A stretch of 64,000 nt of DNA, taken from NCBI GenBank assembly GCA_963783375.1, contig CAWANH010000029.1, positions 1,568,001 through 1,632,000 of the forward strand, given 5' to 3'. The notes below the pieces were generated by a model. It did not search any database and was not told the DNA's origin. It saw only the letters and a list, made by a program, of their open reading frames with translations. Within the stretch, counting starts at the first letter, position 1. Each line of letters opens with the position of its first letter. Source of the DNA: Candidatus Eiseniibacteriota bacterium (lineage in GTDB: Bacteria > Eisenbacteria > RBG-16-71-46 > JABDJR01). Below are positions 9,541 through 20,111 of this stretch, piece after piece. Position numbers and translations under genes: made by a program.

Positions 9541-10824
9541 ATGATCCATTTTCACCGGATGCATTCATCGGGCGCGGCGGCCGCCGCCGCGCTCCTTCTC
9601 GTCGGGCTAGCCGCTCCTCCCGGAGCTTCGGCCCAGACCCGCCTCACCCTGGACGAGGCCCTCCAGGAGGCGCGCCGCGCCAACGCCCGGCTCCCGATGG
9701 CGGCCATCGATACCCTCATCGCCGGGGCTTCGGTGGAGGAAGCCCGCGGGGCCCTGGGGCCCGGCCTGGGACTCGACGGCGATCTCCACGGCGGGGCGCC
9801 CTCGAAATACGCCTCCGGCGACGCCCGGCTCCAGGCCGTGGTCGACCTCCCGATCTATGACGGAGGCCGCCTGCGCGCCGATCTCCACACCGCCCGCGCC
9901 GGGCTCGGCCTGAGCACGGCCCGGTACCGGACGGCGGTGGCCGATCTGGACCTGGAGGTGCGCCTCCGGTTCGCCGGGATCCTGGGGCTCGATCGGGAGG
10001 CGGAGCTGACGCGGCGGGGCCTGGACCGGCTCGAGCGCTACGTGGACATGATCACCGCGCGCAAGAGCTCGGGAGAGCCGGTGGCCGCGGACCTCCTCAA
10101 GGCCCGGGTCCGTCTCGACTCCGAGACGGCGGATCTCCACGACGTCGAGCGCCGGCGAGCCGACGCGCGCCTGGAGCTGAACGATCTCCTGGGGCGCGAC
10201 CCCGCCGACAGCCTGGCTCTGGTCCCGCTCCCCCCGCCGGCGCCGCCGGGACCCACGGGACAGGACCCCTGGGAGGCCGCGCCCGACCTCGCCGCCTCGA
10301 ATCTCGCCCACCAGATGGAGCTCACCCGGATCGACGCGGTGCGCGCGGAGCGACGGCCCCACCTGGACCTTTCCGCCAACGCCGGGGCCGAGCCCATCCT
10401 GGGGTCGAGCGACCTGGCGCCTCTCAACACCGGGCGGGGGATCGGCGCCGAGGTCACCCTCAACTTCTCCTGGCCGCTCTGGGACCGGGGCGCCTACCGG
10501 GGGCGGCTCCGGCAGGCGAAGCTGGGAGCGCGTCAAGCCGAGATGGAGACCGAGGCGACCCGTCGCGCGGTGCGTCTGGGCTGGAACGAGGCCCGGACCG
10601 ACATGGACCATCTCTACCGCCAGATCCAGACCTGGGAGCATGCGGTTCCCCTTGCCGAGGAGGCGTACTTGCAAGCCGAGAGTTCCTACCGCGGGGGCGG
10701 GGCCTCCGCCCTGGACGTCCTGGACGCATTCGATCAGTGGATCCAGGCCGGGCGAAGCGCCGCCCGGGCCGCCGCCGACTACCGGGAAGCCGAGGCACGC
10801 GCCCTTCGCTGGGGGAGGCCATGA
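9541..10824 (+). CDS. TolC-family outer membrane efflux protein
   Basis: Signal peptide, LTLDEAL, LPIYDGG and WPLWDRG repeats, SY.GG.AS.LDVLDA. Confidence 0.85.
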   Translation: MIHFHRMHSSGAAAAAALLLVGLAAPPGASAQTRLTLDEALQEARRANARLPMAAIDTLIAGASVEEARGALGPGLGLDGDLHGGAPSKYASGDARLQAVVDLPIYDGGRLRADLHTARAGLGLSTARYRTAVADLDLEVRLRFAGILGLDREAELTRRGLDRLERYVDMITARKSSGEPVAADLLKARVRLDSETADLHDVERRRADARLELNDLLGRDPADSLALVPLPPPAPPGPTGQDPWEAAPDLAASNLAHQMELTRIDAVRAERRPHLDLSANAGAEPILGSSDLAPLNTGRGIGAEVTLNFSWPLWDRGAYRGRLRQAKLGARQAEMETEATRRAVRLGWNEARTDMDHLYRQIQTWEHAVPLAEEAYLQAESSYRGGGASALDVLDAFDQWIQAGRSAARAAADYREAEARALRWGRP

Positions 10825-11873
10825 CCGGAGCGCCGCTCCGCCGGGACGCGCGCTCTCGCGCCGGGGGGGCGGGGAACGGAACCGCGCGGGCGCGGGGAAT
10901 CCTGGCCCTGGCGGCGATGGTGACCCTGGTCGGCTGCTCGGGGGGCGCCGGGCGGGCGGACTCCGAGACCTCCGGCGCGTCGAGCGGCCCGGCCGCCGCC
11001 ACCCCGGTCCGGGTGGGTGCGATCCGGCGCGACACCCTCCGGGTCACGGTGACCGCCCCCGGCCGGACCGTGGTCCTCCGGGAGGAGACGGTGCGGGCTC
11101 CCTTCGCCGGCACCCTCACCCGGCTCGCGGTGACCGACGGGGATCGGGTCTCCGCGGGTGAGGAGCTGGGGCGGCTGGTCTCCCGGAGTTCCGAGGCGGC
11201 CCTCGAGGGCGCCCGGGCCATGCTGGCCTCGGCGCGGACCGCCCAGGACTCCGCCGATGCCCGCGACGCCCTGGACCTGGCCCGGCGGGATTGGGTGGAG
11301 CGGACCCTCGAGGCTCCCGAAGCGGGGGTCGTCCTCTCCCACGCCGCGAGCCTTGGGGACCGGCTGGGCGAGGGGGACGAGATACTGCGGATCGCCGCCG
11401 ACGGCTCGGCGGTGTTCCGGGCCGACGTGTCCCAGAACGATCTGGCCCTGATCGCGCCCGACCAACCCGCCCGGGTGCGCCTGGCCGCCCGCTCCGACAC
11501 CCTCGGCGGGACCGTCCACGGCGTCCTCCCCGCCGCGAGCAGCTCCACCTTCAGCGCGCCGGTGCGGATCGACTTCCGCCGGGGACTGCCCGTTCCCGCG
11601 GAAGGGCTTTTCGGCACCGCGACCATCGTGGTCGGGGAGCGCGCCGGGGTTCTCTCCGTCCCGGTGGACGCGGTCCTGACCGACGACGTCACCGGCGTGT
11701 CCCGGATCGCCGTGGTGGACGGCGGAACCGCGCACTGGATTCCCGTCCGAACCGGGGTCCGGGATCGCGGCCGGGTCGAGATCACCGGCCGGGGCATCTC
11801 CGACGGCGCCCGGGTGATCGTGTCCGGACAGGTGGGTCTTCCCGACAGCTCCGCGGTCCGGATCGCCTCATGA
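10821..11873 (+). CDS. RND efflux periplasmic adaptor (MFP)
   Basis: Lipobox LVGC, APFAG/APEAG lipoyl halves, VPVDAV; located between TolC and RND genes. Confidence 0.88.
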   Translation: MTGAPLRRDARSRAGGAGNGTARARGILALAAMVTLVGCSGGAGRADSETSGASSGPAAATPVRVGAIRRDTLRVTVTAPGRTVVLREETVRAPFAGTLTRLAVTDGDRVSAGEELGRLVSRSSEAALEGARAMLASARTAQDSADARDALDLARRDWVERTLEAPEAGVVLSHAASLGDRLGEGDEILRIAADGSAVFRADVSQNDLALIAPDQPARVRLAARSDTLGGTVHGVLPAASSSTFSAPVRIDFRRGLPVPAEGLFGTATIVVGERAGVLSVPVDAVLTDDVTGVSRIAVVDGGTAHWIPVRTGVRDRGRVEITGRGISDGARVIVSGQVGLPDSSAVRIAS

Positions 11874-14800
11874 CCGCTCTCCAGTCGATCCGGCGACGGT
11901 GGGTCGCCATCTTCGCCCTGGTGATCGTCCTGGCCGGCGCGGGGGCCTACGTGATCCGCGGGCTCCCCTCGGCGATCTTTCCCTCGGTCACCTTCCCCAT
12001 CGTCAAGGTGATCGTCGACGTGGGCGAGGAGCCGGCGGCCCGCATGATGCCCACGGTGACCCGCCCCCTGGAGGAGGCGGTCCACCGCGTGCCGGGCATC
12101 CAGGTGGTGCGCTCCACCACCTCCCGGGGCTCCTCGGAGCTCAGCACCCAGTTCGCCTGGGGCACCGACATGAAGGTGGCGCTCCAGCGCGTGCAGTCGG
12201 AGACCCAGCGCATCCTCCCCGACCTCCCCCCCGACACCCGGATCGACGTGGAGTGGATGAACCCGGCCTCGTTCCCCATCCAGGGGTACGCGCTGACCTC
12301 GAAGACCCGGAGCCAGGCCGAACTCCTCCGCCTGGCCGAGTTCACCCTGAAGCCGGAGCTGATCCGCATTCCCGGGGTGTCCCGGGTCGAGATCCAGGGG
12401 GGGCGGAAACGCGAGTTCCAGGTGCGTCTCGATCCGGCCGCGGTGGAGGGGCGCGGTCTCTCGGTGGGGGACGTGGTGTCGGCGATCCAGGAGAACAACG
12501 ACGTTCTCTCGGCCGGGTTGACCGAGGAGAACCACGAACTCTACCTGACCCTGGTGGACGGCCGTTCCCACGGACTGGACGACCTCTCCCGGCTCGCGGT
12601 GCCGGTTCCCGGCGCCTCTCCGGCCACCCTGGCCGAGCTGGGTACCCTGGAGGTGGCGGACGAGGTTTCCTACATCCGGACCACCGCCGACGGCGACTCG
12701 GCGGTGCTGGTCAACCTCATCCGCCAGCCCTCGGCCAACACCGTGGCCATCGCCGACGGGGTGCGCCGGCTGTTCCGGGAGAGCCCGGATCTCCTCCCCC
12801 ACGATGTCCGCTGGACCACCTTCTACGACCAGGCCCGGTTCGTGGCGGCCTCGGTGAACGGAACCCGTGACGCCATCCTGATCGGGGTGGTCCTGGCCGC
12901 GCTGGTGCTCCTGGCGTTCCTCGGCAAGGTGCGGCTCACCCTGATCGCCGTCCTCACCATCCCCTTCACCGCGGCCATCGTGGGCCTGGCCCTGGGCGCC
13001 CTGGACCAGACCGTGAACCTCATGACCCTGGCCGGGGTGGCGGCGGCGATCGGGCTGATCGCCGACGACGCGATCGTGGTGGTGGAGATGATCGAGCACG
13101 AGGCCTCGGAGAACCCCCACGGGGACCCGGCCGAGCGGGGCCTGGACAAGATCCTCCCCGCCCTCATCGGCTCCAGCCTTTCCACCACCCTGATCCTCCT
13201 CCCCTTCGCGCTCCTGACCGGGGTGGTCGGCGCGTTCTTCCGGCCGCTGGCCCTGACCATGGCGGTGGCCCTCACGGTGTCGTTCTTCCTGGCCTGGCTC
13301 TGGGTTCCGGCGGCGGTGGGCCGCTTCGGCATCCGGCGGCGGCACCCGTCCGAGGCCCCGCCGGACGAACCGGCCGGCGGCGAGTCGGCGCCGGAGGCGC
13401 GGAAGCAGGCGCCGGAGGCCGGGTCCTTGCGCGCCCGGTGGCGGGCGATCACCGCGACCCTGTCCCGAGGCTACGACGGGGTGGCGGCCTTCCTGGTGGA
13501 CTATCCGCTGGTGGCCGCGCTGGTGATCCTGGGGCTGATCGCGGGCACCGCGTACACCTACCGCCACATCGGCACGGACTTTCTGCCGAGCATGGACGAG
13601 GGGTCGATCATTCTCGACTACTGGACCCCGCCCGGGACCTCCCTCACCGAGACCGACCGCATGCTCCGCGAAGCGGAAAAAGTCATCCAGGAGGTCCCCG
13701 ACGTCCAGAGTTACTCGCGTCGCACCGGGACCCAGCTCGGCTTCTTCATCACCGAGCCCAACTCGGGCGACTACGTGATCAACCTGAAGCCGCGGGGAAC
13801 CCGCCGCCCGGTGGACGAGGTGATCGACGATCTCCGGACCCGGATCGCCGCGGTGGAACCGGCCATCAGCACCGACTTCGGACAGCTCCTGGAGGACAAC
13901 ATCGGGGACCTCACCGGGGGCACCCCCCAGCCGATCGACGTGAAGATCTTCGGGAGCGATCTCCAGGTGCTCGAGGACAAGGCCCGCCGGGCCGCGGACA
14001 TCATTTCCGGGGTACCGGGGGTCGAGGACGTGTTCGACGGCATCACCATCGCCGGTCCCGCCCTGAACATCCGGGTCGACACCCAGGCCGCTGGCGCGCT
14101 ACGGGCTCACCACCCAGGACGTCTTCCGGGCCCTGGAGCCGGCGGTCAACGGAACGGTGGTGGACCGGGTCCGGGTGGGCGACCGGGTCTACGATCTTCG
14201 CGTCCTGGCGCGGGGGGACCACCCCCTTTCCGATCTCCGCATCCGGGCCAACGACCCGCCGTCGACCCTGGTGCCGCTCTCCGAGCTGGCCAAGATCACC
14301 ACCGGGCCGCCCGAGGCCGAGATCGACCGGGAGAACCTCCGCACCTACTTCGGCGTGACCGCCCGCCTCTCCGGCCGGAGCCTGGGGGCGGGGATCGCGG
14401 ACATCCGGCGCGAGCTGGCCCGAAAGCTCCAGCTCCCCGCCGGCATGTCCATCCAGTTCGGGGGTCTCTACCAGCAGCAGCAGGAGTCGTTCCGACTCCT
14501 GCTCTACGTGCTCCTGGCCGGGCTGGCCCTGGTGGCGGTGGTGCTGCTCTTCGAGTTCGGGGACTGGCGGGCGCCGCTGGTGACCGCGTTCTGCGCGGCG
14601 GCGGTCCTGGCCGGGGTGCTGGTGGCGCTCCTGGTGACCGGCACCACCCTCAACATCTCGAGCTACGTGGGGGCGATCATGATGGTGGGGATCGTGGGTG
14701 AGAACGCGATCTTCGTGATCCACGAGGCGCGGTTGCAGCTGGAATCGGGGCGGACGGTCCGCGAGGCCTGGCTCAACGCGTCCCATCGCCGGCTCCGCCC

Positions 14801-14996
14801 GGTGGCCATGACGGTGCTGGCCACCTCGCTGGCCCTCGCGCCGCTGGCGGTGGCCCTCGGCCAGGGCTCCCAGCTCATGCAGCCCCTGGCCATCGCGGTG
14901 ATCGGCGGGTTCGTGCTCTCGGGGCCGATCGTGCTCCTCCTCCTCCCCGCGCTCTACCGCTGGCTGGACCCCACCGGGAAGCTCGGGTCGGCGTAG
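11870..14996 (+). CDS. RND efflux permease (AcrB/CusA family), frameshifted near 14090
   Basis: FPSVTFP, IGLIADDAIVVVE, FLPSMDEG in the first frame; RRLRPVAMT and PLAIAVIGG in the second; removing one base near 14090 restores ALARYGLTTQDV. Confidence 0.88.
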
Positions 14997-15042
14997 GCGC
15001 CGGACCGGGGATCGAAGGAGCGCCGGAATCGCGCCGGCGGGG

Positions 15043-15390
15043 TCAGCCGATTCCCAGCCCGCAGTCGGGGCACTCCCGGGGGCCGGTGGCGAAGGTGGTT
15101 CCGCAGGCCGGACAGGTGATCTCGGGAGCGTCGAGGTCGATCACGCACTCCGCCGCCGCGCGCTCGTCCTCGCCGGCGCTCCGGTACCAGTCCGCGCGCA
15201 GGGCGGCCAGGGCGTTCTCCGCGTCTTGGCTTGCGACCGCAAGCTGCACCTTGGGGCTTCAGGTGTTCCGCATCGCCGCCGGGCGGATGATGTGGGCCTC
15301 GATCCCGGCCTCGGTCAGGACGCTCCGATACTCCCTGATCTGGCGGATGCCCGCCTCGGCCAGGATGCTCAGTCCGGGCGCTTCGTTCAC
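15043..15390 (-). CDS. Putative selenoprotein, 115 aa with UGA(15259-15261) read as Sec: small N-domain plus C-terminal zinc ribbon
   Basis: GGAG RBS before GTG 15390; frame continues through a single TGA (IIRPAAMRNT-U-SPKVQLAV) to CPACG...CPDCG; SECIS-like hairpin follows the TGA. Confidence 0.7.
15225..15258 (-). promoter_or_regulatory. Putative bacterial SECIS element
   Basis: Minus-strand hairpin GCUUGC-GGUC-GCAAGC (15244-15229); loop G lies 21 nt after the UGA; resembles the E. coli fdhF apical element GUUGCAGGUCUGCAC. Confidence 0.65.
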
Positions 15391-15663
15391 GTCTTTCTCC
15401 ATTCGCCCTGGCCCGGCCCGTCCACGAGCCGGCTGCATTGGGGCCTGCCTGAAGTCTAGCAGAGGCCGCGGACGCGGCCTCGGGGGATAGGACGCAGAAG
15501 CCCGGCCGGAGGTCACGATCCGGCCGGCGTTCGCCGACCGCGGTCCCCCCGGCACCCCGGGTGGGGTATGCTGGAGACCCCATGGCGTTCTGGTCCTTCG
15601 AGGTCCCGGTCCCGGATTCGGATCGGGGCTCGGCGGATCGCCGGTTGAGCGAGGCGGCGGACC

Positions 15664-16650
15664 ATGCCCACCAACGTACCTCCCCAGTACCGCGAAGCCG
15701 AGGCCCGCTACCGCGCGGCCCGCACCCCCGAGGACAAGCTGGCCGCCCTGGAGGAGATGCTTCGCATCATGCCGAAGCACAAGGGCACGGACAAGCTCCA
15801 GGCCGACGTCAAGGCGCGGATCGCCAAGCTCCACCAGCAGCAGGAGGGCTCGAGGCGGGGGGGCGGCGGCCGGAGTCACGTGATCGCCCGGGAGGGGGCG
15901 GGCCAGGTGGCCCTGGCGGGCCCCCCCAACGGCGGGAAGTCGTCCCTGGTGGCCGCGCTCACCGGGGCCGAGCCCAAGGTGGCCGACTACCCCTACACCA
16001 CCCTCGAGCCGGTACCGGGGATGATGCCCCACGAGGACGTCTTCCTGCAGCTCATCGACCTCCCGGCCATCTCCACCGAACACGTCGAGCCCTGGGTCTA
16101 CGACCTGGTCCGCCACGCGGACCTGCTCTGGATCGTGGTGGAGAGCGGCGGCGCGCTGGACGGGCTGGAAGCCACCCTCTCGCTCCTCGCGGCCAAGCAC
16201 ATCGAGACGTACCCGCTGGGGACGCCGGCCGGGGAGGGGGATCCCACCTGGGTCCGCAAGGCGGGCATCCTGGTGGTGACCGGCATGGACAAGCCAGGCT
16301 CCGCCGACAACCTGGAGATCCTTCGCGCGCTCATCGAGGCCCCATGGCCGATCCTCGCGGTGTCCCCGGTGAACGGTCACGGTCTGGAGGAACTCGGCCG
16401 GCGCACCTACGAGGCCCTCGACGTGATCCGGATCTACACCAAGGAGCCGGGGAAGCCTCCGGACCGGGTCCGCCCCTTCACCCTTCCCCGGGGCGCCACC
16501 GTGGCCGATCTCGCCGAGACCATCCATCGCGAGCTGGCCCAGGGGTTCAAGTTCGCCCGCCTCTGGGGGGAGGGGGTGTTCGACGGGCAGCAGGTCCAGC
16601 GGGACCACGTCCTCCAGGAGGGGAACGTGGTGGAGCTTCACCTGATGTAG
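15664..16650 (+). CDS. OBG/DRG-like GTPase with C-terminal TGS domain
   Basis: PKHKGTDKL N-terminus, G1 GPPNGGKSS, G2 YPYTT, G3 DLPA, TGS region IRIYTK...IHREL. Confidence 0.9.
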   Translation: MPTNVPPQYREAEARYRAARTPEDKLAALEEMLRIMPKHKGTDKLQADVKARIAKLHQQQEGSRRGGGGRSHVIAREGAGQVALAGPPNGGKSSLVAALTGAEPKVADYPYTTLEPVPGMMPHEDVFLQLIDLPAISTEHVEPWVYDLVRHADLLWIVVESGGALDGLEATLSLLAAKHIETYPLGTPAGEGDPTWVRKAGILVVTGMDKPGSADNLEILRALIEAPWPILAVSPVNGHGLEELGRRTYEALDVIRIYTKEPGKPPDRVRPFTLPRGATVADLAETIHRELAQGFKFARLWGEGVFDGQQVQRDHVLQEGNVVELHLM

Positions 16651-18422
16651 GGCACCGCCTTCGCACCCGGAACCGCGAGGTAGAAGCGTCTCGTCTTCCG
16701 GTCGATGAGCGCGGAACGATCCCCCCCCACCATGATCCCCCAGATCTCCCCGGCGCGGATCTTGTGGAAGGCGTGGCCGGCCCGGGTGACCTCGTACCCG
16801 CCGAGTTGCAGGCTGTCCCGGGCCGCCTGGCCAAGAAGGAGCACCGGCCGTCCCCGTATCGCTTCGGGATCGCCGTTTCGGTTCACCGGCCAGACGCGGC
16901 CTCCGGTGAGGACCCGGATCTGGCTCAGGACCTGGTCGTTCAGTCCCACCGACGCCACGTCTTCGCCCGGGGGTACCGAACGCAGACCGAGGGCGAGGGC
17001 GGGCGCGGGGGAAACCGCGAACACCGGCCGGATGAGGACGTCGTACCCCCCGTAGAGAACGAGCATGTAGAGACCGATGGCCCCCAGACGAACGGGGTCC
17101 GAACGCTTCGAGACCAGGGCGTAGAAGACCAGGGCGGCGGCGATCCAGACCAGGCCGGCAACCAGGATCCGGGGGTCGAGGAAGAGCCCGATCGCCGAGG
17201 CGAGCAGTCCCGCGGCCACCCCGGCGGCCGGAAACCACGCCTTGAGCCGTCCCAGGAAACGGCGCACCGGGATCTCGGCCAGCGACTCGACCAGGAACGC
17301 GCCCAGAACCGCGGCCACCAGCGGATACGCGGGGAGGAAATACCGCGGCCGGAAAAGGTTGGCCGACGCGAAGATCACGAAGAGGACCAGGTACCAGGTG
17401 AAGGTGAACAGGATCGGCCCGCGATGGTCGCTCCAGAACCGCCCGAAGCTCCGCCGGGAAGCGAGGAGCACCGGAAGGACGAGGAGCGACCAGGGGAGGA
17501 AGTCCTTCACCAGGACCACGATGTACATCCAGGCGTTCACCAGGATCCGCACCGCCGAGGCGCCGAGCCGCACCCCGACCTGATCCCCCAGGAACACCCT
17601 GAGCGCCTCGGAACCGTGGAGCGCGACCATGGCCGCGAACCACGAAGCCCCCAGGATCGCCCCCGCCACCAGGCTCTTCGCGTCGAGGAGCCTTTGCAGA
17701 TCGCCGGGCCGGCGACGGCGGAAGTAGGTGAAGGCCCAGACGAAGAGCACGAACACCACCGGGAGGAGTCCCTTGGTTGCCACCGCCAGCCCGGCCCCGA
17801 CGTAGGCCATCCACGGATCGCGGGTCCGGCGCTCCCCCCCGAAGAGGAGGTGCACGAAGCCCAGGGTGCTCACGGCGAGGAAGAGAGTGAGGAGGACGTC
17901 GGGGTTGGCCCGGAGCGCGGCCCCGTAAAGCTCGTTGTTGGAGAAGGCGACCACCGCCGCGGCAAAGGCCGCGGCCTCGGAGCGGAAGAGAGCGCGCGCG
18001 ATCAACCAGGTGAGCCAGATGACCGCCCCGCCGGCCAGGAGGAAGAGGATTCGCGAGGCGAAGAAGCTCACCCCGAAGAGCTTGAACCCGGCCAGAACCG
18101 TCCAGTGGGTGAGGGCGGGCTTCTCGTAGAACGGGGTTCCGTCCGGGTAGGTGGGGGTGAGGACGTCCCCCGAGCGCATCATGTGGAGAGCGGCGTCGGT
18201 GTAGTACTGCTCGTCCGCGTGATAGCGGCTGGTCATGGGAAGAACCGGGAGGTGGAGGCCCACGAAGACGAGGATGAGAAGGAGAACGGCCGCTCCGGGG
18301 CGGCGCGGCCCGGACGCAGGCCGGGCGGCCTTGCGGCGGGCCGGGTTCGAACCGATGTCCAACACGTTCCTCCGTGGGGTTCGCCGTCCCCGCGCTGCGG
18401 CTTCCTGGCGCCCGGCGCGCAC
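16638..18422 (-). CDS. ArnT/PMT-like GT-C membrane glycosyltransferase (start probably about 18365)
   Basis: DEQYY, M..SGD.LTP, EKPALTHW, ATKG motifs and many TM helices. Confidence 0.85.
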   Translation of the reverse strand: MRAGRQEAAARGRRTPRRNVLDIGSNPARRKAARPASGPRRPGAAVLLLILVFVGLHLPVLPMTSRYHADEQYYTDAALHMMRSGDVLTPTYPDGTPFYEKPALTHWTVLAGFKLFGVSFFASRILFLLAGGAVIWLTWLIARALFRSEAAAFAAAVVAFSNNELYGAALRANPDVLLTLFLAVSTLGFVHLLFGGERRTRDPWMAYVGAGLAVATKGLLPVVFVLFVWAFTYFRRRRPGDLQRLLDAKSLVAGAILGASWFAAMVALHGSEALRVFLGDQVGVRLGASAVRILVNAWMYIVVLVKDFLPWSLLVLPVLLASRRSFGRFWSDHRGPILFTFTWYLVLFVIFASANLFRPRYFLPAYPLVAAVLGAFLVESLAEIPVRRFLGRLKAWFPAAGVAAGLLASAIGLFLDPRILVAGLVWIAAALVFYALVSKRSDPVRLGAIGLYMLVLYGGYDVLIRPVFAVSPAPALALGLRSVPPGEDVASVGLNDQVLSQIRVLTGGRVWPVNRNGDPEAIRGRPVLLLGQAARDSLQLGGYEVTRAGHAFHKIRAGEIWGIMVGGDRSALIDRKTRRFYLAVPGAKAVPYIR

Positions 18423-18575
18423 TTTCCCGCCGCAAATCGTACCGAATCGATCAGGTTATGTCCGCAGTTTCGACGGCCGGGGAGGGAGATCTTGTTGATC
18501 CGCCCCCCCGGCCTGCCTATTCTCTGCCGAATGCCTTGCCAATGGTAGAGCGGGGTGCGGGAAGGAGCGAGGGAG

Positions 18576-19937
18576 ATGATGATGCGGACGCGGCGGGTGA
18601 CCGGGTGGATGCTCGGGGTCGCCTCACTAATTCTCGTGGGCGCGGGTTGTGTGGGGAGCGACAGCGGCACCGTCAACAACCCCGTGACCCCGGTCACCGG
18701 CGACTTCGTGGTGGTGGCCTGGAACGATCTCGGCATGCACTGCCTGAACCCCACCTACGACCAGGCGGTGATCCTTCCCCCCTACAACACGGTCTGGGCC
18801 CAGGTGATCCGGCGCGGAAGTCCGCCCCGGGTCGCCGTCGAGGGGCTGACCGTCGAGTACCGGATCCTCGACAACACCACCTCGTCGGGGAAGACCGACG
18901 CCTACGGGGGCGCGTTCGCGCAGTTCTGGGCCAACGCCAGGAAGCTCTTCGGGGTGGATCTCCCGGTGAACCAGGGGCTGAACCTCGAGACCCCGGGCCT
19001 TCACAACGGCCTCTCCGGGACCATGGTGGCCGCCTCGGACCACTTCATGGTGAACGGCATCCCCCTCACGCCGGTGAACGACGCCGGGGTCTGGAGTCCC
19101 TACCAGGTGGCCGAGATCACGGTGAAGAACTCGACCGGTGACGTGCTGGCCCGGACCCGGACCACCGTCCCCACCTCGGACGAGATCAACTGCGCCAAGT
19201 GCCACGCCCAGGGGGGAACCGGAACGGTTTCGATCGGGGGTGGGACCGCCGACCCGTTCAAGAACATCCTGGCCTCCCATGACGCCCTTCACGGAACCGC
19301 GCTCGCCGCCTCGGCGCCCGTGCTCTGCGCGAGCTGCCACGCCAGCCCCGTCCTGGGCACGCCGCCCCCGGCCACGACCTCCATGTACCTGTCCGCCGCG
19401 GTGCACGGCGCCCACGTCGGCCGGAACGCCGCCTGCTACGACTGCCATCCCGGCGGGGCGACCCGGTGCAACCGGAGCATCGCCCACACCGCCACCGACG
19501 GGAACTGCACCACCTGCCACGGCGACCTGGCCCAGGTGTCCCAGTCGATCCGCACCGGCGGGCGGGTGCCCTGGAACTCGGAGCCCACGTGCGCGACCTG
19601 CCACACCGCCACCGCCGGCGTGGACACCGGGACCGATCTCTACCGGAACGCCCGGGGCCACGGCGGGGTCTACTGCGCCGGGTGCCACGGGAGCCCCCAC
19701 GCCATGGTGCCCAGCAACCAGGACTCGGACAACTACCAGGCGAACCAGTACCAGGGGCGGGCGGTCACCCTGGGGAGCTGCGCCGCCTGTCATCGGAGCT
19801 CCCACGGGGGCGGGGCGGGCGAGTTCGCCGAAGAGCACGGGCCGGGCCGCCGGGCCTCGGCCTGCAACGTCTGCCACACCGCGGTATCCGGGAACACCTC
19901 GAACTGGCCCCACGCGTTCACCTGGAAGAACCACTGA
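18576..19937 (+). CDS. Octaheme c-type cytochrome lipoprotein
   Basis: Eight CxxCH motifs (CAKCH, CASCH, CYDCH, CTTCH, CATCH, CAGCH, CAACH, CNVCH); lipobox-like VGAGC; N-terminal WNDLGMHC. Confidence 0.9.
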   Translation: MMMRTRRVTGWMLGVASLILVGAGCVGSDSGTVNNPVTPVTGDFVVVAWNDLGMHCLNPTYDQAVILPPYNTVWAQVIRRGSPPRVAVEGLTVEYRILDNTTSSGKTDAYGGAFAQFWANARKLFGVDLPVNQGLNLETPGLHNGLSGTMVAASDHFMVNGIPLTPVNDAGVWSPYQVAEITVKNSTGDVLARTRTTVPTSDEINCAKCHAQGGTGTVSIGGGTADPFKNILASHDALHGTALAASAPVLCASCHASPVLGTPPPATTSMYLSAAVHGAHVGRNAACYDCHPGGATRCNRSIAHTATDGNCTTCHGDLAQVSQSIRTGGRVPWNSEPTCATCHTATAGVDTGTDLYRNARGHGGVYCAGCHGSPHAMVPSNQDSDNYQANQYQGRAVTLGSCAACHRSSHGGGAGEFAEEHGPGRRASACNVCHTAVSGNTSNWPHAFTWKNH

Positions 19938-20111
19938 GCCGGGCCGGCGGGGGGGCCGGTCGGCTGAGCGATCGACCGCGAGGATTCCCCGCGGAAACTC
20001 CCGCACGGCGACGCGCGGCCCGCGCAGGTTCACCACCGGTTGCCCGATCGGTCCCGGACGTGCATCATGCCGACGATCCCGCGGCATTGGGCATGACCCG
20101 GAGGACGCGAC

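Noticed and set aside
3361-13567. Long antisense ORFs such as 3361-5766, 5870-7372, 7588-9276 and 10460-13567
   Set aside because: Stop-poor shadows of high-GC genes, Arg/Gly/Pro-rich with no recognisable motifs
15259-18435. 1058-aa minus-strand ORF
   Set aside because: Shadow frame over the GTPase and glycosyltransferase; only its last 44 codons belong to the selenoprotein candidate
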